Part shown: positions 19,197 to 29,149 of the stretch, one piece after another
Layout of the letters: each line of letters starts with the position of its first letter
Numbering within the stretch: the first letter of the stretch is position 1
From: Candidatus Multivoradales bacterium
Lineage (GTDB): Bacteria > Acidobacteriota > Thermoanaerobaculia > Multivoradales > J023
NCBI GenBank assembly: GCA_965248925.1
Contig: CBDFLE010000006.1
Coordinates: 4,032,001-4,096,000 of the forward strand
Direction: 5' to 3'
Length of the DNA: 64,000 nucleotides
Translations under genes and position numbers: made by a program
Notes under the pieces: model-generated
Told to the model about the DNA's origin: nothing
The model's input: only the letters and a program-made list of their open reading frames with translations
Database searches by the model: none

Positions 19197-20058
19197 CGTC
19201 GGCCTGGCTCCGCGAGTGTGAAGGATAGGGCGTGAAGCCCTGTTGGGCGAAGATCTGGGCTGCTCGCGGGGTGCTGAGCAGGTCGCTGAATCGGGCCGCC
19301 GCCTGTGGTGACTGGCTGTCGGCGATCTGAGCTGCCCAATAGGCGATGTCGGGGGAGTGCTCGGCTGGGACTTCATAAAGAACTTTCACCCGCCGGCTGG
19401 CTATGGCGTCGCTGTGGTAGACGATGCCGACCACATCAATCCTCGCTGCGACGATGGCGAGGGCCGCGCGCACGTCTGCCGCGGGTGCTACCCGGCCGGC
19501 TAAGTGGATCCACAGATTGCCCTCTTGCAATTCCACGGATTCGAGAAAAGCGCGGGCATAGATGCCGGCTGGCACCGCCCGTGGATCGGCCAGCGACAAA
19601 TGGGCAAAGGGCAGCGTCGCCAGCTCGGCCGGGTGTTTCAGGGGGGCTGAACCCTGCGGATGACCGATCACCACCAGGCGATTGGCAAGAAACGGTCTGA
19701 TGCTGCTTTCGACCAGATGACCGCGCTGGCGGAGGTGCTCTACCCAGCGGTGGTTGGCACTGAGCAAGAGGTCACCACCGGCGGTCGCTTCGATCTGTCG
19801 GGCGAGCACATTCGAGCCGGCGAAATTAAACACCGGTCGCAGTCCCTGCTGCTCGGCCTCGACACCTATCTGTTCGAGGGCGTTGCGTAGGCTGGCGGCG
19901 GCGAACACAAGCACCTCCTCGTCGTGCTGCACTGGCCAACAGTCTACGCTGCAGCCGAGGATCAAGACGACGGTGCCTAGAACCCAGCGGTACAGGCTCA
20001 GGGGTCGGTGGCCCCGCGCTGGGTGAGTGAGGATTGCTTGGGGAAGATGTGCCGACAT
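19189..20058 (-). CDS. modA: Molybdate ABC transporter substrate-binding protein (start uncertain)
   Basis: [45 protein letters not shown]. Confidence 0.93.
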   Translation of the reverse strand: MSAHLPQAILTHPARGHRPLSLYRWVLGTVVLILGCSVDCWPVQHDEEVLVFAAASLRNALEQIGVEAEQQGLRPVFNFAGSNVLARQIEATAGGDLLLSANHRWVEHLRQRGHLVESSIRPFLANRLVVIGHPQGSAPLKHPAELATLPFAHLSLADPRAVPAGIYARAFLESVELQEGNLWIHLAGRVAPAADVRAALAIVAARIDVVGIVYHSDAIASRRVKVLYEVPAEHSPDIAYWAAQIADSQSPQAAARFSDLLSTPRAAQIFAQQGFTPYPSHSRSQADDE

Positions 20059-20258
20059 TTTCGCTCTCGAAGGCTGTTGCAAGTTGCCTTGTAGGAGGGG
20101 CGGCCTCCGCTGGGCAAGAGACGCGTCAAGGGTCTATCACCTCCTCATTTCTCGCGCAATGGAGCTTTGGCGATGAGGCTGTTGACTCGAACAGCCTGGT
20201 TCTTGGACTGGTGGAGAGCGCTGGTATCATCGCTTTAACTTTGCAAGGTGGAGTCTCG

Positions 20259-21941
20259 ATGCAAGATTCTAGGTCTGCCAAGGACGGTCTTGGCCAGTCC
20301 GTTCGATCACAGAAAGCAAGCGGTGGTGATGCTGGGGCGAGTGCCGTTGATCGTCTGAGCAGACGGCGCTTTATGGTCTCAGGATGTGCCGCCGCGGGTT
20401 TCTTGGTGGCGGCGAAGACTGCTGCCGAGTCGCCAGCGGTCCGCGGACCAGACCACGAAGTCCCTCTGGCACGCTATGTCCCTTTCGCTGAACCGAAGGT
20501 GGTCTATTCTCGCGACGGAGTCTTGGCGGTGACGTTGCGAGTGAGCGAGCAGGCTGTTCGCATTCAGCAGGCGGACGGTGTTCGTACCGAAATCACCCGC
20601 ACCTACAACGGTCAAGTGCCCGGTCCGACGCTGCGGCTGCGGGCCGGAGAGTGCTTGCAGTTGGAGTTGGTCAACCAGCTGCCGCCCAATCCCGAGAGCG
20701 GGCCCAAGGCGGCAGAGCACAACCGTCCGGGACGGTTCAACACCACCAACTTGCACACCCACGGATTGCATGTTTCACCGGCTGGCAATTCAGACAACGT
20801 ATTCCTGGAAATCGAGCCCGGTGAGAGCCAGAGCTATCAGATTTGCTTGCCTGACTTTCACGCTCCCGGCACTCACTGGTACCACGCCCACCGCCATGGC
20901 TCAACTGCCGTGCAAATGGTCAACGGCCTGCACGGTGCGCTGATTGTCGAGGATCCGGCGGCGCAGCAAATCGCCGTCGACGAGGAGAAAACCTGGATCG
21001 TCCAGGAGATCATTGGCGAAGCCGCCGAGGGGGTCTACAGCTGTCAGCCGCCGCGGGTGCCTTTCACCGTCAACGGGGTGCACCAGCCGACGTTCTCGAT
21101 GCGTCCGGGTGAGATTCAGCGCTGGCGTTTTTTGCTCGCCGGCGGAACCCAGCGTGCTTTCATGAAGCTCAAACTAGTCCATGCCGCCACGGGCGAGCTG
21201 GTGCCGATGGAGTTGATCGCCATCGACGGCATCACCTTCTACGGCAAGTCGCCACAACAAACACGCGGCTGGGAGATGGCGCCCGGCAACCGTTCGGACT
21301 TTCTTGTGCAGCTAGCCGCGGGGACTTACCAGGTAATCAAGGGAGCCTTGCAGGAGGGTGACGATCAACTACTGGCGACGGTGCTGGTTGCCGGCAAGCC
21401 TCTTCCGGCGCGGCCGCTGCCCGCCTTGCCGCCGATTACCACTCGCCCGGCCTATCTGCGGCCAATCATCGACCAGGAGATTGGTGATCGGCCAGAGCGA
21501 GAGTTCGAGTTCAGTGTCGACAGCAGTTCCGGCGGCTGTCGCGAGCAGTCGCCAGGGGCGGTCGTCGCGAGCCGATTTTTGATCAATGGCAAGCAGTATG
21601 GCGAGCCCGGCACGCTGACTAGGGTGCGGCTCGGCAGTGCCGAACAATGGCGATTGATCAACACCTCCCACGCCGAGCATCCGTTTCACATCCACGTCAA
21701 TCCGTTTCAGGTGGTCGATCCCGACCTGCCGCCGGAAGAGTGGTTGTGGTGGGACACCATCGCGATTCCGGCAGCCCTCTCCCTGGCCACCGTGGGGCAG
21801 CTGACTATCCGTCAGCGCTTCGGCACCTTCACCGGCAAGTTCGTCATTCACTGCCACGTGCTCAGCCACGAGGACTTGGGCATGATGTGGGATGTCGAAG
21901 TCGTCGCAGCCGATGCCGATGCCGCCAGCGAGCAGGTGTAG
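20259..21941 (+). CDS. Tat-exported multicopper oxidase (laccase/SufI-like)
   Basis: SRRRFM Tat motif; NLHTHGLH, HWYHAHRH, HPFHIH, HCHVLSHEDLGMM copper ligands. Confidence 0.92.
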   Translation: MQDSRSAKDGLGQSVRSQKASGGDAGASAVDRLSRRRFMVSGCAAAGFLVAAKTAAESPAVRGPDHEVPLARYVPFAEPKVVYSRDGVLAVTLRVSEQAVRIQQADGVRTEITRTYNGQVPGPTLRLRAGECLQLELVNQLPPNPESGPKAAEHNRPGRFNTTNLHTHGLHVSPAGNSDNVFLEIEPGESQSYQICLPDFHAPGTHWYHAHRHGSTAVQMVNGLHGALIVEDPAAQQIAVDEEKTWIVQEIIGEAAEGVYSCQPPRVPFTVNGVHQPTFSMRPGEIQRWRFLLAGGTQRAFMKLKLVHAATGELVPMELIAIDGITFYGKSPQQTRGWEMAPGNRSDFLVQLAAGTYQVIKGALQEGDDQLLATVLVAGKPLPARPLPALPPITTRPAYLRPIIDQEIGDRPEREFEFSVDSSSGGCREQSPGAVVASRFLINGKQYGEPGTLTRVRLGSAEQWRLINTSHAEHPFHIHVNPFQVVDPDLPPEEWLWWDTIAIPAALSLATVGQLTIRQRFGTFTGKFVIHCHVLSHEDLGMMWDVEVVAADADAASEQV

Positions 21942-21944
21942 GAA

Positions 21945-22370
21945 TCAGGCCCACCCGGCGTCGGGGAAGCGAACGTCTCCGAGGCGGATCTTGGTTGCCG
22001 GTTGCGAGTACTCGACTAGCTCAACTTCGATGCCATCGGGGTCGCGGAAATAGAGCCGCCGGCCAGGTTCGTAGTCGGCTTCCAGATGGGGCTCGATGTC
22101 GAGCTTGAAGAGGCGTTGCCGCTGAACTTCGAGGTCTTCGACCACGAATCCCAGGTGGTTGAGGCCGACGCGGTCATAGGATTCGTCAGCTTGGCGGCTG
22201 TGAGGCGCTTCGAAGAGAGCCAAGTAGTGCCGCTGGTTGCCGACATGAGCGGCCGGCCGTCCGCTGGAGTTGGTGCCGCGCCAGCGCACCTCGAAATCGA
22301 ATAGGTGGCGGTAGAATTCGATCGACCGGGCGACGGATGAGACGGTCAGATTGACGTGTTCGAGAAACAT
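21945..22370 (-). CDS. VOC/glyoxalase family protein
   Basis: LEHVNLTV...SIEFY, GLNHLGFVV, LYFRDPDGIEVELV. Confidence 0.9.
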   Translation of the reverse strand: MFLEHVNLTVSSVARSIEFYRHLFDFEVRWRGTNSSGRPAAHVGNQRHYLALFEAPHSRQADESYDRVGLNHLGFVVEDLEVQRQRLFKLDIEPHLEADYEPGRRLYFRDPDGIEVELVEYSQPATKIRLGDVRFPDAGWA

Positions 22371-22423
22371 GGCGGTCTCCTTTAGAGAAGTCTTGGCTTA
22401 CTTATACCGTGGTGCGGGTTATT

Positions 22424-22440
22424 TAGAAAGAGGTTTCTTA
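22424..22440. promoter_or_regulatory. Imperfect palindrome TAGAAAGAGGTTTCTTA in divergent promoter, candidate operator
   Basis: AGAAA-N4-TTTCT inverted repeat in an AT-rich spacer between the VOC gene and the HTH regulator. Confidence 0.4.
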
Positions 22441-22472
22441 TGAAATTACTCGTCTTGAGTTAGACTTCATCG

Positions 22473-23186
22473 GTGGAAAGCAAGCAGGGAGAGAACCTGA
22501 GCGGCGCCAAGCGGCGTCTGCTAGAGCAGCTCAAGCGCGGCGGTTCTGCCACCGTGTCTGGATTGGCGGCGGTGCATGGCTCTACCGAGGTGGCGGTGCG
22601 TCAGCACTTGCGGGCCCTGGAACAGCAGGGGTGGGTAAGGCGTGCCAAGTCTTCTCCACGCGGGCGGGGGCGCCCTTCGGAAGTGTGGGCCCTGAGTGAA
22701 GCGGCGGCCGAGCTGTTTCCCGACCGCCATGGGGAGCTGACCATCGATCTGATCGACGGCGTGCGCGAGGCTTTTGGCGAGCAGGGGCTCGAACGGTTGA
22801 TCGAGATCCGCTCGCAGGCACAGGAGCGGCGCTATCGTCGGCTCATGCGGTCGTCAACGGGGCTCGGCGAGAAGCTCGACAGGTTGGCGGAGGAGCGTTC
22901 CCGCGAGGGCTATATGGCCATCGTGGTGCGCGAGCCGGGGGGCAGCTTCCTGCTGATCGAGAGCCATTGCCCGATCTGTGCTGCGGCCCGCGCTTGTAGC
23001 GGCCTGTGCCGTGGTGAGCTGCGGGTCTTCCAACAAGTCTTGGGCCCCGCAGTGCAGGTCGAGCGAGTTCGGCACTTGCTGGCCGGCAGTGATCGCTGCT
23101 CCTATCGGGTGACGGATCTAGCGCCCCGGCCGAGCCACGGCGAGTCAGCGAACAGCTCAGTCGCGCAGTCGACGCCTCGAGGCTAG
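22473..23186 (+). CDS. SufR-like (ArsR/DeoR-type HTH) Cys-containing transcriptional regulator
   Basis: AVRQHLRALE, GRGRP, FPDRHGEL, EGYMA, HCPICAAARACSGLC...C motifs. Confidence 0.85.
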   Translation: MESKQGENLSGAKRRLLEQLKRGGSATVSGLAAVHGSTEVAVRQHLRALEQQGWVRRAKSSPRGRGRPSEVWALSEAAAELFPDRHGELTIDLIDGVREAFGEQGLERLIEIRSQAQERRYRRLMRSSTGLGEKLDRLAEERSREGYMAIVVREPGGSFLLIESHCPICAAARACSGLCRGELRVFQQVLGPAVQVERVRHLLAGSDRCSYRVTDLAPRPSHGESANSSVAQSTPRG

Positions 23187-23954
23187 CCGTAGCGCGGCGC
23201 CGGCGCAGGCGACAGTCAAGAAGATCAGCCCGAGGGCCGACAGGGTAGGTATTTCGAACGGCGAAGGGGCTTCTAAGACCAGCGTCAGTGTTGGTGCTAC
23301 CGCCGGGTCGCTATTTTCGTGAGTGTCGAAGCGCTTGGCGGTCACCGCGGCGCCAGCCTCGTCGCCAAGCAGGATCCAGCCCAAGTTGATCGCCGGATCA
23401 TCGATCCAGCTGCCGACATCCGCCACCATCTCAGGACTCGTGCCCCAGGTGTAGAAGCCGTTGGCGTCGATCATTTGCGAGGCGCTCGCTATGGCAGCAA
23501 AATCGCCGCCCGGAAGGTCCCAGCCAACGCTATCGAAAAAGCGGAACACCCAAGTCGCGTCGCCGGTCATCGCCGGAGCACCGCCTCCTTCCTGGCCTGG
23601 CGCGTCGGATCCCGCTTCTCCCCAATCGTTGGTCAGGCGATGCAGAGTCACGGGCTGCGGCCCAGTGACCGTGCGCGACATATTCAGCGTCAAGGTTGCC
23701 GAGAGCACGGTAGTTCCGGGCGCGATGGCGCTGAGGTCGAAATGCAGCAGGCCACGGCGGGCGTCGCCCATCGCTGTTTGACCGGCGAACAAATGGTCGC
23801 CGGCACCGTTGCTGGTGAAGTCGTCCTCTGCATACAGGGTGGTGTCGCGGTCAGCTACCACGACCACGGTTCCAGCTGCAGCGGTCCCGGTGCTCGCCAG
23901 GGTGAGGGCTACGATGAGTCCGGCGAAGCAACGATTTAGGGTCCTTGGGTGCAT
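23157..23954 (-). CDS. Secreted DNRLRE-like domain protein with IPTL-CTERM sorting signal
   Basis: Signal peptide; RRGLLHFDLS...SATLTL...W.E motifs; C-terminal EIPTLSALGL + TM + RRR. Confidence 0.75.
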   Translation of the reverse strand: MHPRTLNRCFAGLIVALTLASTGTAAAGTVVVVADRDTTLYAEDDFTSNGAGDHLFAGQTAMGDARRGLLHFDLSAIAPGTTVLSATLTLNMSRTVTGPQPVTLHRLTNDWGEAGSDAPGQEGGGAPAMTGDATWVFRFFDSVGWDLPGGDFAAIASASQMIDANGFYTWGTSPEMVADVGSWIDDPAINLGWILLGDEAGAAVTAKRFDTHENSDPAVAPTLTLVLEAPSPFEIPTLSALGLIFLTVACAGAALRLASRRRLRD

Positions 23955-24095
23955 GCAAACCTCCTCGGGACCGCGAGTGGCGAGGCTGCGTCTCGCGATG
24001 CGCAGAGCCTACCGCAGCCGCCGGTTGAATTGAATCACCGGTGGCCGGCCTCTGTCTGATCGGTGCTTGGAGTCCAGCGATTGGCCTGCAGCCAG

Positions 24096-27000
24096 TCAGT
24101 GTGGGGGGGCGAGGACGATGGCCTCGATCCCTGCCTGCCGCAATCGGAGGTTGAGGCTGACGATCTCTTGCCGCAGCTCTACCATGCTCGATTGGTGAAC
24201 CTCCACCGCTGCCGCCAACTGCTGAAAGACCAGCTGCTGGGCGTCGGTCGGTGGGTAGTCGGCTCTGGCGACCCCCCAAGCGAGCTGAGTCAGGCGAGCG
24301 GCCAGCAACCGCTTCCAGCGCAGGGTGTCTTGGCCAGCGCCAGTCAGGCGAAGGTCGAAGAAATGACCTTCTAGTTTTGCCAGGCGTCTGCTGAGCTGCT
24401 TGAGGTCGTCGGCGACGCCGTCGTCGCTATCGTCGCCCTGGGGGCTGTCTTGCAAGCGTTGGCCGAGGTCGATCAGCTGTTTGCGCGCCCATTCGACTTC
24501 GTTGATCAGCTCGGCCGAATGGCTGACTTGCTCGGCAATCTGCATCACCAGCTCGGTCTGCCGTTCAAGATCTTGGTCGCTGCCGCCGGTAGCAGGATCG
24601 CGGCGCAGCTCGAGTTCTTGGCTCCAGGTTTCGCTGCCCACCGTCAATCGGACGGTGTAGATGCCGGGTGGGGCTAACACCGCCATGCGACCACCGTCAC
24701 CCTGGGGTCGCCAGCCCTCGCTGGGCAGGGGTGTTTCGGGATTTTCAAGGGGCCGGGTGCGTAGGCGTACTTCGGGGGTATGCTGATGGTAGAGGTCCCA
24801 CCACAAACGGTGCAGGCCAGCCTCGCTCGACACCTCGTCCAATTCTCTAATCACCCCGCCTTCGGGGTCGAGGATTTCCAGGGTCACGCTCAGCGCCTCG
24901 GCCTTCTCGTCGTCGTTGGTGTTGTCGGCTGGCAAGTAATAGTGCAGCGAGGCGCCCTCGGGAGGGTTGCTGCCGGCGGCCGGGTCATCGGGCTGGCTGA
25001 TGGGCTCTTCGCGAGTGCGGAAACGGTAGGCCGGGCGGGGCGCGAGCAGGGCGGGTTCGGTCGGTTCGCCGGAGTATTGGGCCAGGGGAGTCAGATCGTC
25101 GAGAATCCAAAAGCCGCGGCCGTAGGTGGCCACCACCAAGTCGTAGAAATGCTCTTGGACGGTCAGCCAATGAACCGGTGCTGGCGGCAGGTTCGATTGC
25201 AGCGGCTGCCACTGTCCGCCCCCATCGAAAGAGACATAAAGGCCGTTCTCGGTGCCCAGGTAGAGCAGCTCGGGCCGCCGCGGGTCTTCGCGCACGCAGT
25301 GGGCATAGCTGAAAACGCTTTCGGGGATGCCATCGGTGATCTTGCGCCAGCTCTGGCCGTAGTCGTCGGTGCGATAGACGTAGGGCTTGGTATCGCCAAG
25401 CTGGTGGCGGTCGACAGTGATCAAGCAGCTGCCGGCCCGGTGCGGCGAGGGCTCGACGTTGGAGATCGTGCCGAGTTCGGGCAAGGCGGGAATCCTCGCC
25501 GTGACGTTACGCCAGTTCTCGCCACCGTCGCGGCTCAGCTGTACTTGGCCGTCGTTGGTGCCGGCCCAGATCAAGCCCTCCTCGAGCTTTGACTCGGCCA
25601 GGGCGAAGATCACTGGCGCCAGGGAAGGGCCGGCGTCGTCGAGGGTCAGGCCGCCACTGCGCTGTTGCAGGGCCGGGTCGTCGGTGGTCAGGTCGGGGCT
25701 GATCGTCTGCCAGCTTTGGCCCCCATCAGTGGTGCGGTGGACGAACTGGCTGCCGACGTAGACCCGACCCGGATCGTGCGGTGAGATGACGATCGGATAG
25801 GTCCATTGGAAGCGGTACTTGAGCTCGGCCGCCGGCCAAGACTCGACTGCCATAGGCCACACACTGACGTTGCGCGCATGGCCGCTGCGGTGGTCGTAGA
25901 GTTCCAAGATGCCGTCGTAACAACCGGTCCAGACGGTGTCGGCGTCCCCCGGCGTGGGTAGGGTGAAACCGACCTCACAGCCGCCCAGGGTCTGCCAGGC
26001 GCCGATTGGAATCTCCTCGCCGGCGAGGAAGCGGGAAGGGCCGCGCAGCGCCGGGCCGTCCTGGCGATTGCCATAGACGAAGTAGGGGATCTGATCATCA
26101 ACTGCGACGTGGTACATCTGAGCGATCGGCAGCTGCGGCCGGCGCCAACTCTTGCCCCGGTTGGTGGAGATCGACACGCCGCCGTCGTGACCGACGATGC
26201 GCCGATCCGGCTGCTGGGGATCGATCCACATTACATGGTGATCCCAGCCCGGCCGTGACTCGGTGCTGGTCTTGCCACCATCGAGGGAAGTGCGGAACTC
26301 GACCGCCATGAAGTAGAGTTCGTCGCGGTCGTCCGGCGCCGCCGCCATCCGCGAGTAGTAGAGGGGGCGCTGTACCAGGCGGTTGTCGCGGCTCACCAGG
26401 CGCCAGTTCTTGCCGCCGTCGTCACTCGCCCAGAGCACTCCGGCGAAAGGATCGGACGGGGCGAAGTCGTGATTCGAGCTGGTTTCGATCAGCGCGTAGA
26501 TGCGCTGCGGGTCGGCGGCGGAGATCGCCAGGCCGATCTTGCCCCAGGGGGCCTCCGGCAGTCCGGGGCCGTTGAGCCGCTGCCAGCTGGTGCCGCTGTC
26601 GGTGCTCTTCCACAGACCGCTCTGCGGCCCGCCGCTCTGGCGACCCCAGGGCCAGATCACCATCTGCCAAGTGCCAGCGTAGAGCACCCGTGGGTTAGTC
26701 GGATCGATCACCAGATCCGAGGCACCGGCGTCGGCACCGGCGAATAGCACTCGTTGCCAGGTCTCGCCACCGTCGCCGGTGCGGTAGACACCGCGTTCTT
26801 CTTGCGGACCGTAGCAGTGGCCCAGAGCGGCTACCCAGGCGGTGTCGGGGTCTTTGGGGTGGACGACGATGCGGCCGATCCGGCCGCTGTTGTCGAGGCC
26901 ACGGTGCTGCCAGGTTTCACCGCCGTCGGTGGAGCGGTAGATGCCGTTGCCGATCGAGATGTTCGAGCGAATGAAGGTTTCGCCGGTACCGGCCCAGACC

Positions 27001-27338
27001 ACGTTGGGGTCTGAGGGCGCCACCGCCAAGGCGCCGATCGAGGATGCTGGCTGATCGTCAAAAGTGGGTCGCCAATGGACGCCGCCATCGTCGCTCTTCC
27101 ACACCCCGCCCGAGGCGGCGCCGGCAAAGTAGGTATTGGCATCGCCGGCTACCCCGGCCACCGCGCTCACCCGATTGCCGATGGGCCCGATATGGCGGAA
27201 TTTCAGCGAGTTGAAGAAGCCATCCGTTGGCGGCTGCTCAGCGGCCGCCAGGTGGGCCGGGAGTCCAGCGACCCACAGCGCGAGAAGAATAAGACCTGCA
27301 CGGGCGACTGATCGAACGCTGGAGCTGCAAGTTGCCAT
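24096..27338 (-). CDS. Secreted VPS10/BNR (Asp-box) repeat beta-propeller glycosyl hydrolase-like protein
   Basis: FRHIGP..NRV, many SxDGGxxW Asp-box repeats, DLVVATYGRGFWILDD, PPGIYTVRLTV. Confidence 0.88.
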   Translation of the reverse strand: MATCSSSVRSVARAGLILLALWVAGLPAHLAAAEQPPTDGFFNSLKFRHIGPIGNRVSAVAGVAGDANTYFAGAASGGVWKSDDGGVHWRPTFDDQPASSIGALAVAPSDPNVVWAGTGETFIRSNISIGNGIYRSTDGGETWQHRGLDNSGRIGRIVVHPKDPDTAWVAALGHCYGPQEERGVYRTGDGGETWQRVLFAGADAGASDLVIDPTNPRVLYAGTWQMVIWPWGRQSGGPQSGLWKSTDSGTSWQRLNGPGLPEAPWGKIGLAISAADPQRIYALIETSSNHDFAPSDPFAGVLWASDDGGKNWRLVSRDNRLVQRPLYYSRMAAAPDDRDELYFMAVEFRTSLDGGKTSTESRPGWDHHVMWIDPQQPDRRIVGHDGGVSISTNRGKSWRRPQLPIAQMYHVAVDDQIPYFVYGNRQDGPALRGPSRFLAGEEIPIGAWQTLGGCEVGFTLPTPGDADTVWTGCYDGILELYDHRSGHARNVSVWPMAVESWPAAELKYRFQWTYPIVISPHDPGRVYVGSQFVHRTTDGGQSWQTISPDLTTDDPALQQRSGGLTLDDAGPSLAPVIFALAESKLEEGLIWAGTNDGQVQLSRDGGENWRNVTARIPALPELGTISNVEPSPHRAGSCLITVDRHQLGDTKPYVYRTDDYGQSWRKITDGIPESVFSYAHCVREDPRRPELLYLGTENGLYVSFDGGGQWQPLQSNLPPAPVHWLTVQEHFYDLVVATYGRGFWILDDLTPLAQYSGEPTEPALLAPRPAYRFRTREEPISQPDDPAAGSNPPEGASLHYYLPADNTNDDEKAEALSVTLEILDPEGGVIRELDEVSSEAGLHRLWWDLYHQHTPEVRLRTRPLENPETPLPSEGWRPQGDGGRMAVLAPPGIYTVRLTVGSETWSQELELRRDPATGGSDQDLERQTELVMQIAEQVSHSAELINEVEWARKQLIDLGQRLQDSPQGDDSDDGVADDLKQLSRRLAKLEGHFFDLRLTGAGQDTLRWKRLLAARLTQLAWGVARADYPPTDAQQLVFQQLAAAVEVHQSSMVELRQEIVSLNLRLRQAGIEAIVLAPPH

Positions 27339-27477
27339 GGATCCCCCTGGGTGGTGGCCGGTTTAGCGTCGGCCGAGGTCAGAATCATAGCTTGCCGCTG
27401 CCAGCGTCGGGCAGATCTTCGGTCTGGACTGCTAGAGTCGTTGGCCGATCGCCAACCTTCGACCTTGGGAGAACACT

Positions 27478-28473
27478 GTGCCCTCTGCCAGCCGTCTTCA
27501 GCTTCCCATCCGCCCGCGCCGCAACCGTCGCACCGCCGCGCTTCGCAGTCTGGTGCGCGAGACCGTGTTGCAGCCCGCCGATTTGGTTCTGCCCCTGTTT
27601 TTGATCGGCGGGCAGAACCAGCGTCAGGCGGTGAAATCAATGCCCGGTGTCGATCGCTTGAGTGCCGATTTGCTGCTCGAAGAAGCTGCCCAAGCCCATC
27701 GCCTGGGCATTCTGGCGATTGCCCTATTCCCGGCCCTTGGAGATGAGTGCAAGGATCGGGTGGCTACTGAATCCACCAACGCTGAGGGGCTCCTGCAGCG
27801 CACTGTGCGGCAGCTCAAGCAAGAACTGCCAGAGTTGCTGGTGATCACCGATGTGGCGATGGATCCCTATTCCAGCGACGGGCACGATGGCTTGGTGTCA
27901 GACGAAGGGCTGATCCTCAACGATCCGACCCTCGAAATTCTCGCCGCGATGGCGGTGTCGCAAGCCGCAGCCGGTGCCGATATCGTGGCGCCTTCGGACA
28001 TGATGGACGGTCGGGTGGGGGCCATTCGCCAGGCTCTCGATCAGGCAGGTCATGAAGAGGTCGCCATCCTGGCCTATTCTGCCAAGTACGCCAGCTCGTT
28101 CTACGGTCCGTTTCGCGACGCTCTCGACTCAGCGCCCCGCCACGGCGACAAGAAGACCTACCAGATGGATCCGGCCAATGCCCGCGAAGCGCTGCGCGAG
28201 GTGCGGCTCGATGTCGCAGAAGGGGCCGATATCGTTATGGTCAAGCCGGCGTTGCCCTACCTCGATGTTGTCCACGCGGTGCGCCAGGCGGTCGAGGTGC
28301 CGGTGGCGGCCTACCAGGTCAGTGGCGAGTACGCGATGATCCAGGCCGCCGCCGAACGCGGCTGGATGGATGGCGAGGCACTGATGCTGGAGAGTCTCAC
28401 CGCCATCCGCCGCGCCGGTGCCGGCATAATCCTGACCTACTTTGCCCGCCGGGCGGCGGAGGTCCTGGGGTAG
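27478..28473 (+). CDS. hemB: Porphobilinogen synthase (Cys-less, Zn-independent type)
   Basis: RPRRNR, APSDMMDGRV, AKYASSFYGPFRDA, MVKPALPYLD, AYQVSGEYAM; metal loop DVAMDPYSSDGHDG lacks Cys. Confidence 0.97.
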   Translation: MPSASRLQLPIRPRRNRRTAALRSLVRETVLQPADLVLPLFLIGGQNQRQAVKSMPGVDRLSADLLLEEAAQAHRLGILAIALFPALGDECKDRVATESTNAEGLLQRTVRQLKQELPELLVITDVAMDPYSSDGHDGLVSDEGLILNDPTLEILAAMAVSQAAAGADIVAPSDMMDGRVGAIRQALDQAGHEEVAILAYSAKYASSFYGPFRDALDSAPRHGDKKTYQMDPANAREALREVRLDVAEGADIVMVKPALPYLDVVHAVRQAVEVPVAAYQVSGEYAMIQAAAERGWMDGEALMLESLTAIRRAGAGIILTYFARRAAEVLG

Positions 28474-28479
28474 TGCGCC

Positions 28480-28692
28480 ATGAGTGACATCCTCAAGCAA
28501 GTGACCGACAGCTACCGCGAGGATTTGCAAGACTCCGAGCAAAGTCCAGCTGTTGTTCTGCAAGACACTGGGTTCGTGGCCAGCTTCAAAGCTGAGACGG
28601 ATCTTTCCAGCGCCTACAAAGAATCTGTTCGCGGAATCGTCCTGAGCAAGCGGTTCAGAACGCCAACTCGTAAGTCGGATTCTCTACGGTGA
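28480..28692 (+). pseudogene. 5'-truncated CopG/RHH antitoxin-like remnant
   Basis: MSDILKQVTDSYRE...VLQDTGFVASFKAETDLSSAYKESV resembles, from memory, the C-terminal half of small RHH antitoxins; N-terminal strand missing; no toxin follows. Confidence 0.4.
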
Positions 28693-29149
28693 AAGTCAGT
28701 GTGCGGTGGTCATCAGCCGTGTCCAGTACGACGGTGTTGATCTGTCGTTTCGAGAGGGCGAAGAATACTCGGTTCGCTAGCCTGCAATTGCCGAAGTCGG
28801 CCGGCGCGGCGAGTTCGAAGTAGAGCCAAACTTGCTTGGTTTCTAACTCAATCCCGAGCCATTGGAGAGTGCTCTTCCGTTCGCCGCAGTGCAATTCGAA
28901 AACTTCGCTCAGGTAAGCGGCAAGGTGTTCTTCTAACCCCTCTTCCCGCTCGAGGATCAGTCGCCTGCCGAGGTATTGAGCAAGGGCCGCTTCGAGATCC
29001 TCTGGCCGGGTCCGCAGGGCGATTTCGAGGTGGCCGGTGGCGGGGTTGTACTTGGCCTCTGCGACAGTGGTGTGGTAGGGGTGGGCGACTGCCGGGCTGG
29101 CGGTTAGGAGCAGAAGCAGCACGGTCACCGGACGCAGCGCCTTAGCCAT
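28655..29149 (-). CDS. DUF6702-like secreted protein
   Basis: Signal peptide then AHPYHTTVAE..YN...LEI...DLE, WLYFE, QINTV; coupled to the M1 peptidase. Confidence 0.75.
   Translation of the reverse strand: MAKALRPVTVLLLLLTASPAVAHPYHTTVAEAKYNPATGHLEIALRTRPEDLEAALAQYLGRRLILEREEGLEEHLAAYLSEVFELHCGERKSTLQWLGIELETKQVWLYFELAAPADFGNCRLANRVFFALSKRQINTVVLDTADDHRTLTFTVENPTYELAF

Noticed and set aside
20059-20258. Moco riboswitch or ModE box upstream of modA
   Set aside because: Only a small hairpin (AGGCTGTT...AACAGCCT); consensus elements not recognisable.
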